DNA of 64,000 nt, from positions 16,602,795 through 16,666,794 of the forward strand of contig NC_092670.1 in assembly GCF_964355755.1 (NCBI RefSeq). The letters are read 5' to 3'. The notes beneath the pieces are model-generated. The model did not search any database and was not told where the DNA came from. It was given only the letters and a program-made list of their open reading frames with translations. Both the position numbers and the translations under genes were made by a program. Of the stretch, positions 26,601 through 40,537 are shown in pieces. This stretch comes from Antedon mediterranea (taxonomy: Eukaryota > Animalia > Echinodermata). The stretch's first letter is position 1. Every line of letters starts with the position of its first letter.

Positions 26601-29600
26601 GAGGATCCAAAAATGCAGATCGTCAAAAACAGCACATGTACACTGTGTATTCCACCATGCGAGCGAGCGCCCTCACGTGTACGACGTTGCCTCTAAACAC
26701 ACGAGGTGTAGAGTGTCGCAAAATTAAGCTTATAGCCTATAGTTCATGTAATTTATCGTAGAATATCTTATTTTAAACATCAATTGAACAAGAATTTATC
26801 AAGCAGAAAAGCAAGTATACAATGTTCGTTAAATAGAAATCAGGGAAAATTTTCATTTAAACATTTTGTTTAGCAATATTGCTAATCAAACTGATTTTTA
26901 AGTCGAGAAACATAGTTTTGTATAGTATTTTTTGCTACACAATTTTCAAAATGTGTAGCAATAAGGTTGTTTTGTATAGCTTTTTGCTATGCTACACTGG
27001 CGAAAATGTTCCCTGGAAATGTACCAAAGAAATTTAATAAGCTTGTTTATGGCAGCCGATACCAAATAGTGGTTTTCCGTTTTGCCGACTTATAGCGTCG
27101 TGTGTGAAGCGATCTTCGACCGCGATGGAGTGTAAACAAAACAGGACCGCTACTGTAGGCCTCATATGGCCTAGCGTATATTAGCCTAGCTTGGTTATGA
27201 TCAAAGGTAGGTGTATTTTTGGTGTATGGACGTCGCCAAATACAAAATAATGTATTACGACACACACTGTAGATCTTCGAATTAATGGGTGGGCTTATAC
27301 CCGAGTGCCTCATTTTTCATGAAAATTAGTAAAGTCGGGGGTGGGCTTATACCCGAGTATGGGCTTATACCCGCGTCAGTACGGTATATGCATAATTATT
27401 ATCAATATGACAGAAAATTACAGTTTGAATTGTTTGAATATAAGTTTAATGATTTTATTTGTTACATAAAAAACTGAACAACTGAATAAAACTACTTACC
27501 AAAGTTGAAGACGAACTCGTTTTCCATCCAATAAGATAGTGGTTGTTTTATGTTCAACTCCTGTAAAATCAATTCATAAATGTACAATGACCATCTAGGA
27601 AAGAGCTAGAAATATGAATAATGTATGCTGCACAATAACATTTCACAAACAGTGGTGTTGGTAGTTTATGACTTATGAGTGCCGCTTACCAGGATAAACC
27701 AATACCAATAATAGCCTCTCTCTCGCCCCCCCCCCCCCCCCCAAAAAAAGAGGAATACATATGAAAATGTATCAATTGTATTTATTTTTTATTAATTTAA
27801 ACAATTGTATTGCTGTTACCATTCTATGAGAACATTTTAAGTTTATGTTCATCTATTTTACATTTACTCTTATTTTATATTATACCTTTTTATTTAAAAA
27901 TATTAAGTTTGTTTATTATAGATACTGTACAGTAGTACTGTACTACTAGTCTACTGTATCTATATAAAACAGGTATGTAAAACAGGTGCTCCATCTTATA
28001 CCTGATATTATCCTGTAAAAAGAAAAAATATATGTTTTTTTTTAATTCAATATAGTATATGATACTTTTATAGAGGAAGTTTTTCTGCATATTTTTGTTT
28101 ATATTTTAATTAAGAATTTGTTCTGTTAATTAGCTTTTGTTGAAAGTTTTTGCACCACCTTGCAGTTTTTGCACCATCAGTGGAAAGGAACCCATACCCT
28201 AAGTCACATTTTAAACCGAGGATTTAAGGTAAGCACACACTTCCTCAATAGGGACTTAAGCACAGCTTTTTTGCTATGACAATACACAGACATAATCTAG
28301 TTTGGATGAATGACAACCTACAAAAATCTAGTAGTTTGTCATTGTTATTTTGGGATGCTATTGTGATGTAAACACAATGCCAGTGATGAGTACAATGATC
28401 ACAGTGTCCTAATGGAAAACCCCCACTAATTTCCTACTACCAAATATTGTGAATACTGTATAATCTACACTGTATTTTCAATGGAGGTATAAACAATTCA
28501 CTACATTCATGTTAACAAATAATGCTACAGTATAGAAATGAATACAAGAGAAATATTTCACTTTTACCTCCATGTTTGTTTTTTTTTAAACATGCAACAG
28601 TGTTCTTCCAATTTAGAAATAAATTCTTGACAATTAAGCATTGTACCAAATCCTAGGTATATATAATATTATTAATAACTTAATTAATTTGCGTGAGATT
28701 GCCAGCAACAGAAATAAGTGGCTTTTGTTATTTTGAATCTTTATTTTTACATTATTTTATATTTTTTGTTGTTGTAGGAGGCATGCATATAAGAACGTAT
28801 CAGATTTTGTAAATCCACAGTGCGTGGTTTTGTTACATTTTTTGGAATAAAGTTACCTATATATATATAATCAAATGTCATATACTGTAGTGTAATGTTA
28901 ACTTCTGAATGCTCTTGTTTAATAGTTTAATAGCTTGACTTAGTACAGTACTTAGTCCATGAGATTTAGACATTTAATTAAATCAAAAAATTGCAAGAAA
29001 GGTTTTTTTTTGGTGAAATGTCTTCTTTAGACACTCCTGAACACTACATCTATCAACGTACATTTTTCGATAAGTGTATATTTCATATCTTTGTATAGAT
29101 TGCACCATTTTTACTACCGATCAGAGCAAAATTAATCTTGTAAATCTTCCTGGTAAAACCAGATTCCGGAGAACACTGGAATGTCTAACATGGAAGAAGC
29201 AGTAACAAATCGCAATATATCAATGATAAACAGCAGCAATAAGTAGATGTATAGAATGTGATTGATGTCAAAGGAGGACTAATATGGTACACAAGATGAT
29301 CTTATTACAGACATAGACATTTCTTTTAGATCGAAATCTTAATTGAACGAAATACTATACAGATTGCGTAGGATAGAGTAACAGTTAAGATTAATCAGAA
29401 AATGTTTGTTTTACACAAGAATTAAAAATAAGACGATCGTCATATATTTTTTATAATGAAAATTAAGAAACTCATTATTGTTAGTAATTGAATTGAAATT
29501 TCGGAAAAATTTGTATAACAAAAAATTAATGTCTTTATACTGTATAGAGTACAATTGAAAAAAGTGTAAACAATTTAAGTTGAATTAAAATAACTACCAG

Positions 29601-32600
29601 ACACAACTATTGTAATCTCCTGTGTACAGTATGAAGAAGGATTTTGAAAATGTTCTACAGGTAGAAGTAAATATGACTAGTAAAAAAAAACTACAAGATG
29701 TACAGTATTTTATAACTGTCTACAGTAAAGTGTGTTGTTCACAGGTACTGTACAGGTACAGCAGACTGAAGAAGGAATGTGGTATTATTAGCAGTCATTT
29801 TACAAGGACAAAGATCTACCACAAAGATACTAGTTAAGGTCAATAAACAGGAAAACACTGTAACAAACAAGTCATATAAGCTTCCTACATTAATAAGACT
29901 TTATTATATAATAAATCTATATCAAGTTTCATACGCAAATCAGGTATTGCCTATTACAGTATACAGTACTAACATTACTGTATACTACTAAAAAAAAACT
30001 GTATACTGTGATGGTTCTAGCACCACTAGACTACTCCCCATCCCGTGACAATTTTTCCTTGACAGTTCCTGGGAAAAGTACCCTCGGACAATTATACGCC
30101 AGCCGAGTCAACTAATGTACTGTATACCTCTAATGCCTAGAAGACAAACTAAAAAACTGTAGTGTTATAGGGGTACTATTCCAGCAGACAGTATAAAACA
30201 TAAATAATTACTGATTAAATATAGTAATAAAGAAATATATGATATTTTTATACTATACTACTGTATATTTCTTTAATTCTATAATGTAGTACTATAATAC
30301 TGTAAATAATTAAAGAGACATTTTTGTTTTTCGTCAAGTTCAACTTAAAAAAATAAAAGGTTTTGTTTTCTGATGACTGGCTACGCGTGCCACTACAAGT
30401 GGTCTTCTGGGAACAGATATTTCAAACACTTTGATTTTACCTCACAACATTTTATTTCTTTTTTTACACAGTTCCTTTAAGATACAGTTACGATATTGGA
30501 TTAAATGTTGTAGGAATTATCTTGCTGAATAAAGAAAATGAGTATGATGGCAGGCTGCATGTACAGAGCAAACAACAAAGGGCTCCAGGGATTACGATAA
30601 ATGTTTAAACGATATTTGAGCAAGAAACGTGCTTCTTGATATTTCACAGTGATTTCAAATTAGTAATAACACGTACAGACATTTGGAATTAAAGAAAACA
30701 AAATGTCACATTGAGTAAAAGTAGAACTCTGCTGATTTTGTTCAAGTGAAGTTTTCATTCATTTCCATCTGAATATCAAGTTAAAGTATTTTGAAATTAT
30801 TAAAGATTATGATTTTCTGTATTTTAAGTAAATAAAAAAATAAATATTAGAAATTAAGTGTTGTTTATCATTTTGATTTAGGTTTTTGCTTGTTTTATTT
30901 TGTATCTCCACTGAGATTCAGCCACCGATATTTACAGCTTTGTCATTATTTCAGTAATTTGCCTTTGGATTTAAATATAAAACCATAAAATAAATTAATA
31001 ATCATTTAATTTTGTTTCACTTTGATTCACAACAAATAAGTAATTACAATATTGTATATCAAGTAATGATGTACGATATTTTTAAATTTAATCTATCAAA
31101 TCTAGTGTTATCTATAGTGAAATAATTCATTTGAACATTTTGATTAGTAAATTAACCGACAAAATAAATCTTAAATCCGAGTAGTAGGAAAGATAAATGG
31201 ATTATTGTCTAAACTACAGTATTCATGGATATAATAATCTGTATAGCAATACAAGGTACAGTTACTAGTGTTATAGCTACTGTACTGTATTTCATTTTAA
31301 TTGTTACATGTTTATGTCTTGTCATATTGAATTTTTGCAATGGTCCCTAATAATCAGCTTCGGCTGGATGGACGACCCTCGTAAAATATTGTTGTTGAAA
31401 TAAATAAACTGCCGAAAATGTTCGTGGAATAAATGGAAAATATGAAAACCAGCAAAACATGATGATTCATTATTGTGTAATTTCCTTTGAATCTGTTGAT
31501 CATGTGACATTTCTATGCAATTTAAAGTTTTTTTTTATAAACAAACATGTTTGCTTACTGTAAATATCTACTAAAAAACTATAGTTTAATTGTATCATTT
31601 TTATTATTTGTTATTTTATTTTATGTCTTTAGGCAATGCGGCCAAGGATTACCAATAGTGAATTAATCACTGTCCTATCAGACAGGTGGTAATCCCCCTG
31701 ATACAGGGGCTATTTTGTGAACCAGTTCACCGGGGTAACACCCTACTCTTTTCGTATAATGAACTGGGTTCTTTAAAGTGCACACAGGTTATAACTGTTT
31801 ACACTGGACCTACGGTTTATAGTCCTTATCCAAGAAGACTTGTTCCACCACCAGAACTAAGAGCGAATCGGCCTCGAACCCTTGCCGATGTTGTTGGCTC
31901 TTTAGGTACGGTAAACGGTGCCCCTGCCTTAACCGCTCGGCCATTTGACCTGACATTGACCATGTGTAATTATTAGTACTCCATACATTGACAAAGGAAT
32001 TATTTTTTTCTGAAGCCAGGCCCTTCTTTTAACTATGATTTTGATATTAGCTTTTTGCTTATTTTTAACAGTATCTCCATTGAGATCCAGACACTGATTT
32101 GTTTTGGTTATTTACCTTTGGATTAAATTATGATATTGATAGATTTTCAGAAATTTTAAACATTTTAGCCTAAACAGGTACCAGCAAAACCACCATTTCA
32201 TAGAATAGTCAGACCCTTTAAAAACAAAAGTTCTTTGGTATTTTACTGACAAAACTTACCAATATATTTTTTCCTGAATTTGAAAAAAAACCACTATATT
32301 ATATTATATAATGATCACATAGGTAGCTATATATACCAACACAGTAACACATAACATTTACATTTGAATAAAAAGTTATGATAAACCTGTCGAAAAAAGA
32401 TCTGATGCTAAGTTACTGTAGAACAAGCAATTATTGGCAACTTTTACATTAAAATATTTATTGAGAACTTACCGTTACTCATATATAACGAAGAATCTGG
32501 TGTGCCATCTTGAATTCTGTTTAGTATTTCTCCTTTTCCTACATCGCTATCCCCGACGAGAAGAAACTTAAGTTGATAATCATACGAACGAGGAGAATGT

Positions 32601-32653
32601 GGACGAACGCTTTGATTTGATGTGTGCACAGTTACACTTCGTACACTAGCCAT
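23656..32653 (-). CDS. RAB40: Rab40 GTPase with SOCS box and CAAX tail
   Basis: Exons 32653-32473, 27560-27500, 25801-25663, 25155-24933, 23891-23656. Motifs: [59 protein letters not shown] box [10 protein letters not shown]...[12 protein letters not shown]-terminal CIIS. Confidence 0.97.
24075..24403. repeat. Tandem repeat of about 95-115 bp, roughly 3.3 units
   Basis: ATGGTCAG.TTTAAAGCATGTTTTCCACTAGAAG...ACATTGTGCAAAAGGCAA...ATCTACAGTATTACCAA repeated. Confidence 0.9.
26526..27384. mobile_element. Tc1/mariner-pogo-type non-autonomous element in RAB40 intron 2
   Basis: TA|CCGTACTGACGCGGGTATAAGCCCA...TGGGCTTATACCCGCGTCAGTACGG|TA. Perfect 25-bp TIR with repeated GGGCTTATACCCG subterminal motifs. 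Confidence 0.88.
31640..31950 (-). mobile_element. Related Deu/Nin-like SINE copy in RAB40 intron 1
   Basis: Shares CTTTAAAGTGCACAC...ACACTGGACCTACGGTTTATAGTCC...CCTCGAACCC with 42655-42955. Confidence 0.75.
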
Positions 32654-33468
32654 TGTGTTAAGTTGTACTTACAACTATTAAACCAATGTATCTTCCAAGA
32701 TAATTTAGGCTAATCCGGCCTAGGCTAGGTACGTACAGTAGGTAGGCCTATTCCTACTTTGAATTAATTTGGTTCTTTTTTAGTAAAAAATGGCAACTCC
32801 CATTCTTTTGAATTCCACTTCTGATGGCCTAAAAGCACAGCCTTATTCTATTTATAATAAATTATACGTAATTCAACAATTACCACATACTGATAGTTAG
32901 ATACTCTTGAAGTTGAAATAAAAAAGACTGATCTAATGTCTCGATTTTAATGTCTCGATTTCAATTCCCCCTACTATCCACACGACACACAGCTCAATGT
33001 ATCCCGCGTACAGTTTTTCATTTCGCAAAACACAGAACGCCCAAAATATTTTGCCTAAATTTCTCGTTTTACGACGATCACAATACAAAATTATAAGTGA
33101 TATTTACTAATAAACAAATTATAAAAATGTGAAACACCTCATGTCAAATCTTAATGACTAAATACGTATAATAAAGTTGAAATACTTCAGGAGTTTATTC
33201 ACAAAACAGCAAAAACTTCTTTTCAATGGCCGACTGATTGACCTTTTAATTGACCCTTCTCAAGAAAAAAAAATAACAACAAATAAATCAACAAAAGAGG
33301 GCGCTATCAAAAATAGTAAGAAGGATCAAAACAGTGTTGTATGTGTAGGATAGAAGGAGGAAAGAATTTGATTGATTGAGAGGTAGACTTACCCCTTTAT
33401 TTTACATAATATTGGTCTATTCATAATCTATTGTGATTAAAAATTAATTGTAATATTTGTTTTCAGAT
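32654..33468. promoter_or_regulatory. Divergent promoter region RAB40 / MLST8
   Basis: ATGs about 815 bp apart, head-to-head. AGAGGGCGC at about 33296. Confidence 0.6.
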
Positions 33469-36400
33469 ATGGCGGCATCAAACTCAAGTGATAGCCATGA
33501 TCCAGTTATTTTGGCAACAGCAGGCTACGACCACACGATTCGTTTCTGGCAGGCACACAGTGGCATCTGCCACCGAACAGTACAACACCCTGATTCTGTA
33601 TCCTTTATATTGTTTTTAGGTGTATTACTGTTAAATACGCAAATCTTTCAAATCGCGCACAAAAACAATATGTTGAAGTAGATACATATATGTATGAATG
33701 TTATAATAACTTTGTTCGGTGACAACTGACTGTCCACTGTATATCGGTCACATTTTATTTCGGTTGTGATTAAAATCAACTTCTTCGGATATTTTGTATA
33801 TGGGGTGCTGCTAGCTATGCTTTAAATTATATTAGTCACCGCCAAGTTGAGCTGCCATCTAAATAAATGTACTTACCCAAAACAAAACATCCCTCCTGTT
33901 TGTAGTATGTACAGTACTCAATAAATATGAGTGCAGTCCATATAGCGACGCTCTATAAAAAATATTGGAAGGTAACACAACTGATTTCAAACACAATCAA
34001 TTTCATTTGTCACTATAGGAGGAATGGTTATAGGTTAAGGTGTATCGGCTGGCTCAGTAAACTCATCCTAAACCAACCAAAAAAACAAATCATTAAAAAT
34101 TTAAATTAAAAATTCCTATAATATGTACACAGCAAGTAAATAACCTTGAAATTACTCCAGACAGAACAATGCTGGCAGCGGCAGGTATGCTCACCATCAA
34201 TGTTTTCATCAACATTGTCATTATAATCGTTATTCTCAAATAGTCTAATCAAAATGATAATAATTATTAACCATCTTAACATCATCCTCCTTAATTAGTT
34301 TACCAGTTACTATATCTATAAATCCAATTATCATCAGTATAATACATCTTCTCTTTTCTTCCATTAGTTCATCTAAAGCTCTGTCTACACTATAAAAATT
34401 GTATGTGAAAATAAAATGTGATGTGCCTGATGACATTTGACTACCATATTTGGGTACATAATTTGATAGTATGGACAGAACTTTACAGCACATTTCTAAT
34501 TCAATCAAACAACCATCAATCGTCTGCATTGAATAACATATAATGTAATTTTTTCCCCCATAGGGTACCAGCACATCCGAATGTATGATATAAATTCCGC
34601 AGAAACGAGTCCCGTGATCAACTATGAAGGAATTTCTAAAAATGTAACAGCAGTAGGTTTCCATGAAGATGGCAGGTGGATGTACACAGGTGGTGAGGAC
34701 TGCACAGCCAAAATATGGGATATAAGGTCTCAATATAAATATACGTTTTAAGTCATATTTGACATGTTTAAAGCTCTCTATCTACACTATCAAACTTGTG
34801 ACAAAATAAATGTGATTTGCCCATATATGGACATGATGATGTCATATTCGGGTATATCACTACAATATTTTTACACATCACACTTTTTTTGTCAAACTAG
34901 TTTAAAAGTGTAGACAGAGCTTTATATAGGAAGGTTAATCAGGGATCCCTGAGTTAATCTTGCTCCAATCTTAAAGCATTGGCCATTTGATTCTTTACGC
35001 CCACAATCATCATATATTTTTACAATATTTTTCATCAATTTCCTTTGGTTGCAAAATCACCTGCCAAAGATATGTTTTTGGAAAATAAGAAGAGCAGTAC
35101 TATTTTGATTTTATACTTCTGCTCAATGTCAAGACATCCATCAATATTCTCTTTCTGATATTGTTTTTATTAATTGGTTGCAGATCAAGAAATTTGCAGT
35201 GTCAGCGTATATTTCAAGTAAATGCTGCAGTAAACTGTGTATGTCTTCATCCAAATCAGGTAACACTAGATATCAACTTTTATTTATTAGATTAGAAGAA
35301 GATAGGGTGATGTGCCCATATATGAACATGATGATGTCGTATCACTACCATATTTGGGCATAACACTACCATATTTGGGACATCAGTTTTTTTGGGAAAA
35401 CTAGTTTGATAGTGTAGACAGAGTTTTAGATTAAAGGATGATAGTGTGGGGAAATAGTGGCAGATGGGTGATTAACACAATAAAGTACATTATTGAAATT
35501 ATTTTTTGCAGGGAGACTTGTTTGTTGGTGATCAAAGTGGAGCAGTTCATATTTGGGATTTACGAACTGATCACAATGAGCAACTGGTAATTATGTCTTA
35601 AACTAGAATTCACTCACTGATTGATAAAATGGACGTAGAGGATTTCTACTCTCTGCCTTAAGCATGGAAAATAATTAGGCGTGCTATAAAAAAAAAAAAA
35701 GTGTTTTGCCCTACTCAGACGTAATTGTACTGGATGCTCAGTACATTGAGAATACTTTAAAAGAAATTTGAAGGTAGTTCTTGGGTGAGAAGAACCCACT
35801 ACCCCAGATCAATAGTCTAGCGTTATACCTCTGCATAACAACATGATAATTTTCAATTCTCGGTGGGAACCCACAGCACTATTCCCAGCTCATTAGCCTG
35901 CCATTCACACCTCTAAATCACAGAGCTTGTGCTAATGGCTTCAAGCACAAGGATGCAGCAGGTACTGCACCAACATGATCATTTTAAATTCTTGGTGTGA
36001 ACCCACAGCACTACTCACATTACTCATTAGCCTGCTATTTATACCTTTACAGTAGGTGATGATTTTTAGAGTTCAACCCCAAGGAAGTATTCTAACAGGT
36101 ATAAGTTTCAAAACAGGTTTGTGTCAGAGAGCCCAGTCTTTATATAATAATTACATTTATTATTTAATACACACTATATCTACAGATTCCTGAAGCAGAC
36201 GCATCAATACAAAGCATCAGCATAGATGCAGAGGCTTCCTATATGGCTGCTGTTAATAATAGAGGAAACTGTTATGTTTGGGCTTTGAAAGGTGGACGAA
36301 GCACAGAAACATCACAGCTAAGACCAAAGACTAAACTTCAGGCACATAAGAAGTACGCACTTAAATGTAAATTTAGCCCAGACTCAACGTAAGTATAATT

Positions 36401-37236
36401 TGGATCAGGTATTTTCTCAAGCTACCTACCTAGAGCATCATTCTGTACGCTATTAGTCTGAAGATGATCTTAACATTGAATCTGCCCACTGTACTGTTGT
36501 ATACTGAAATATTACATTCTAATTTTCTAGTTTGCTAGCAACAACATCGTCAGATCAAACAGTCAAGTTATGGAAGACAAGCGACTTTTCACTGATGACT
36601 ACATTAAGTGATGCAAGTCAACGTTGGGTTTGGGATTGCGCTTTCTCATCGGATTCACAGTACTTGGTTTCAGGTTAGTTTATCTTTAAGCTAAAGCTCT
36701 GTAGTGGAGCTGTAGCTTGGTGGCTAACGTGGTTGCCTTCCAAGGTCCAGGGTTCAATCCTGACTTAGTGCCAGGGTTGTAACTGACGACTCTTTCAACT
36801 CCACTCCCTAAGCCTCAAATGAGACTTAGTTTATAAGCACAATAAATTATAAATAGTTTATCCATCCTGTTATTGGCGAGTTTGTGCTCGCTGTTGGATG
36901 CATATGAAACAAAACAAAATTGTTTAAATGAGAACACAGGTATCCTTACAATTACTGTTTTAGTGCTTACAATGTATCTAAGTACCAGCACTGTATGTGC
37001 ACACAGCTTGGCTCCAAGAGCCATATATGAGCCATGAGCCATACCTACACAAATTACCTTTATAGAAAAGCATCATTCTTAATCGCATGGTAATCTATCA
37101 GTTTTATTATTATCTAGTTTCATCTGATAACATGGCAAGATTATGGAGCATTGAACATGGCGAGGTCAAGAGAGAATACAATGGTCATCAAAAAGCGGTC
37201 ACTGCCTTGGCATTTCACGATGGTATAGCAGCTTAG
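33469..37236 (+). CDS. MLST8: Target of rapamycin complex subunit LST8 (WD40)
   Basis: Exons 33469-33597, 34133-34184, 34564-34726, 35184-35259, 35512-35586, 36186-36388, 36531-36673, 37118-37236. Motifs: [74 protein letters not shown]. Confidence 0.97.
33598..34132 (+). other. U12-type (minor spliceosome) GT-AG intron in MLST8
   Basis: 5' end GTATCCTTT. Branch-like TTCCTATAAT about 10-20 nt before CAG, with no polypyrimidine tract. Confidence 0.88.
34771..34922. mobile_element. Family A MITE copy in MLST8 intron 3
   Basis: Same TIRs and internal sequence. Confidence 0.85.
36707..36836 (+). mobile_element. Short tRNA-derived SINE
   Basis: TAGCTTGGTGG A box, GGTTCAATCC B box, tail TCCACTCCCTAAGCC..AAATGAGACTTAG. 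Reverse copy at about 25278-25425. Confidence 0.65.
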
Positions 37237-37895
37237 TAACAGTCATCAACATTTGGTTTTGTATTTCACAGTGGTACTGCCCATCAAATATTGTCATGTA
37301 CAGTACTACCCACGTTGGTAATGTAACTCTGCAAAAAGCAGTGGTCACTACCAAGCTCAGGTCATGGACACATACCAACCTGATTGTTTATATGGCGATA
37401 AAATAATATAAAAAAATCATGTTAAAAAAAAACTAAATCCGAGTAATCCCACCCACTAGTTTTTACCAAATTTCATACACAGGCCCCATTCGGTAATATA
37501 CAGCAGTACAGTATCATATACACGTATATTGTTTCCTGGTGCTTCAAGGGTGTGCTTAGAAAAACTGTGGGTAGTCAAATATTGCAGTTACTAGCCCAAT
37601 TATCTATTGTATTATTACCATTTGATTATGAATAAAACCCAGGTATTTTAACATTTAGAGATGTCGCATTCAAAGCCATGGTAGTCTTGGCCTTAATGAG
37701 TTGATGGTGTCAATATTAATTACTGTACATAATATATATAGACAATTATGATTTTGTTTTTTTTAATGTCATTTTGTGTTATATAAATAAATACAAGATC
37801 TAAATTGATAATGTAATTTTGTTTTTATTTGTACATTATAGAAAAGGTAAACATAGTATTCCCCTAAAAATTGTAATCAAAAGAATTAAATATTT

Positions 37896-38579
37896 AACTA
37901 GAAAGCCACTCCGAGAGTGCATACCTCCGCCTACTGTAAAATTCTCCTACATAAGATTTCGCGGGTAAAAAAATATATATATATATTTGTGTGTGTCTTA
38001 ATGCTGTTTGTGATTTAAGCTAATTTCATTACAAGCATGTGTATGCGAGTTTGGTGTAATGGTTATGTAACCAGCCTTTCAATTAACAATAGCTTCAGTT
38101 GACTAACAATAGAACAGCAACGCGAAAATCAAACGAGTGAATTTGAAAAGAAATAGGTTTTTTAAACTACTCGCATCAAAAAATGTGCACATTAAATCAA
38201 ATTATGTTTTAAAATTACAAATCACAAATTATAACTCTTGCCTCTTGTTAAAAAATGAAGTTTTTTGGACAAGTAGTTCTCGAGAAAATGCAATTTCAGT
38301 TTACTTGTTACTTTAAGACTGCTCGCCAGCTTTTGAAAAATTCTGTCCTATCTTTTAACACTAGCAGGTCTGAAAAAGTATACTAAAAAGTGGTCCAGAA
38401 TTGGGACTGTGGTCCCAAATGGTCCCAAAATTTAATGGAATGGTCCTTGACCACATCTATCTGTCTATTCATTTTGGTAAAGATCTTGTAATTACTTTTT
38501 GAGTAATCCTGCTAATAAACAAACAAACAAACAAACAAACACACGCTACCGATTACATATACCTCCTTGGCGGAGGTAA
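37896..38579 (-). mobile_element. Full-length HINE/DINE-1-like element
   Basis: On the minus strand: TTACCTCCGCCAAGGAGGT (sub-terminal IR plus partial IR), (GTTT)n microsatellite, 3' GGCGGAGGT, CACTC-TCG-GAGTG hairpin, CTAGTT. T-rich flanks and no target-site duplication. Confidence 0.72.
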
Positions 38580-38607
38580 ATACACAAAAAAGCATCAAAG
38601 TAGAATA

Positions 38608-39284
38608 CAGTAGAACCCCTGCTTTAAGACACTCCTATTCAGGGGACATCCCTTTTAAGACACTCCTATTCAGGGGACATCCATTTTAAGACACTCCTAT
38701 TCAGGGGACATCCATTTTAAGACACTCCTATTCAGGGGACATCCCTTTTAAGACACTCCTATTCAGGGGACATCCATTTTAAGACACTCCTATTCAGGGG
38801 ACATCCACTTTAAGACACTCCTATTCAGGGGACATCCCTTTTAAGACACTCCTATTCAGGGGACATCCCTTTTAAGACACTCCTATTCAGGGGACATCCA
38901 TTTTAAGACACTCCTATTCAGGGGACATCCCTTTTAAGACACTCCTATTCAGGGGACATCCATTTTAAGACACTCCTATTCAGGGGACATCCATTTTAAG
39001 ACACTCCTATTCAGGGGACATCCCTTTTAAGACACTCCTATTCAGGGGACATCTCTTTTAAGACACTCCTATTCAGGGGACATCCCTTTTAAGACACTCC
39101 TATTCAGGGGACATCCCTTTTAAGACACTCCTATTCAGGGGACATCCCTTTTAAGAAAACGTTTTCCTGTAAAATGTCCAAGGGGAAACGTATGTTTCAG
39201 CACTACGACCAACTTAAATAAACACTTAAATTTAGGTAACACTTTGTTGGTCAAAAAGGTGTCCCCTCAATAGAGTTTCTATTG
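38608..39284. repeat. 31-bp minisatellite (about 17 units, 38622-39156) inside a CAGTAGAAC-terminated MITE
   Basis: Unit TAAGACACTCCTATTCAGGGGACATCCMTTT. Flanks TACAGTAGAACCCC and GAGTTTCTATTGT. Single-unit relatives at about 640-785 and 13995-14137. Confidence 0.9.
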
Positions 39285-39544
39285 TTTTACATAATTGTCT
39301 ATCAGACATGCATACACAACAATTGAAAATAAACTTTAAAATGCATTATTACCTGATTAAAAGTAAAATTTAAAAACAAAATGAAAGCACACTATTTTAA
39401 AGTTATTGCCTTTGTTTTTAAGTATTAAACACGGTGTATTTGGTCTATACTTTGGTTCATAAACCGTAATAATATTTACATTAATAAAAAAACATTGATT
39501 GACAGTCATCAATTCAAGAGCTTTGATATTTTTAAAATGTTGTA

Positions 39545-40015
39545 AAGCTCTGTCTACACTATCACTTGTTTGACAAAAAAAGTGTGATGTGCCCAAATAC
39601 GGCAGTTATATGCTTAAATATATATAAAATCTATAAATATATAAATTATATAAAATCATCATGTCCATATTATAGGCACATAATATTTTTTTGTCACATG
39701 AAGTTTGATAGTGTAGACAGAGCTTAAGACACACATATCCATTTATTAACTCAGGTACATGCGATTAGCCCCCTTCAAAGTTTCTTGTAAGTGAAAAAAT
39801 AATAAATGCAAAATGCTTGTATGTATCTACATTTTTAATCTCTGTCTACAATATAAAACTGTATGTGACAAAAAAATGCTCATATATGGACATGATGATG
39901 TCATATCACTACCATGTTTGGGCAATCTCACTACCATGTTTGGGCAATCTCACTACCATATTTGGGCACATCACACTTTTTTTGTTAGACTAGTTTGATA
40001 GTGTAGACAGAGCTT
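39545..40015. mobile_element. Two adjacent family A MITE copies (39545-39725 and about 39838-40015)
   Basis: Same TIRs; the two internal sequences face opposite ways. Confidence 0.85.
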
Positions 40016-40537
40016 TATATAGGAAATCATTCTAAAAGCCTCAATACACTTAATTAGAGATTAAGAAAATACAATTTGAAACAATATTTATTAAACTTTA
40101 TTCCTAAGGAAGACAGTCCCAAGAAAAGGAATGTGCAGCAGCAGTCATAGTTTTGAACTAATCTCTAGTAGAACATTATTCAATAGGTTATTAACAGTTA
40201 TTAAATACAGTATTATCAATTATGTATCATTTTTTATTTAAATCTTTCTTTAAACTGGATTGCACTTTTACAAACTTTTAAAATTTGTGATTTTGGAAAA
40301 ACATTTTAAAATCAAGTCATCATCATAACATTAAATCATAATCAAATTAAGTGATAATCATTAAACACATATACTTATATGTTTAATTTATTTTCTAAGG
40401 CACATTTTGTAAATAAAATTGTAAGATTTAATTTAAGACTAAATTATTTTATATTTATTTCATGGAAATATATAATATAAAATACTAGAATTGATTGAAT
40501 AAATAAAGGAACAAAATAATCAAAATGTATTTGACCT

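Noticed and set aside
28990-30800. Coding-like patches in RAB40 intron 1 (hydrophobic minus-strand frame near 29040-29330; plus-strand patch 30510-30760)
   Set aside because: Interrupted by stops and no family recognised. A translated search would be needed to call a pseudogene.
34245-34733. 162-aa minus-strand ORF
   Set aside because: Antisense to MLST8 exon 3 plus a MITE and intron sequence; no recognisable domain.
36707-36765. Possible tRNA gene
   Set aside because: A and B boxes are present but there is no full cloverleaf, and it continues into a tail shared with the copy near 25278, so it is a SINE.
38622-39156. CRISPR-like array of ~31-bp repeats
   Set aside because: No unique spacers, no cas genes, eukaryotic context; it is a plain tandem repeat.
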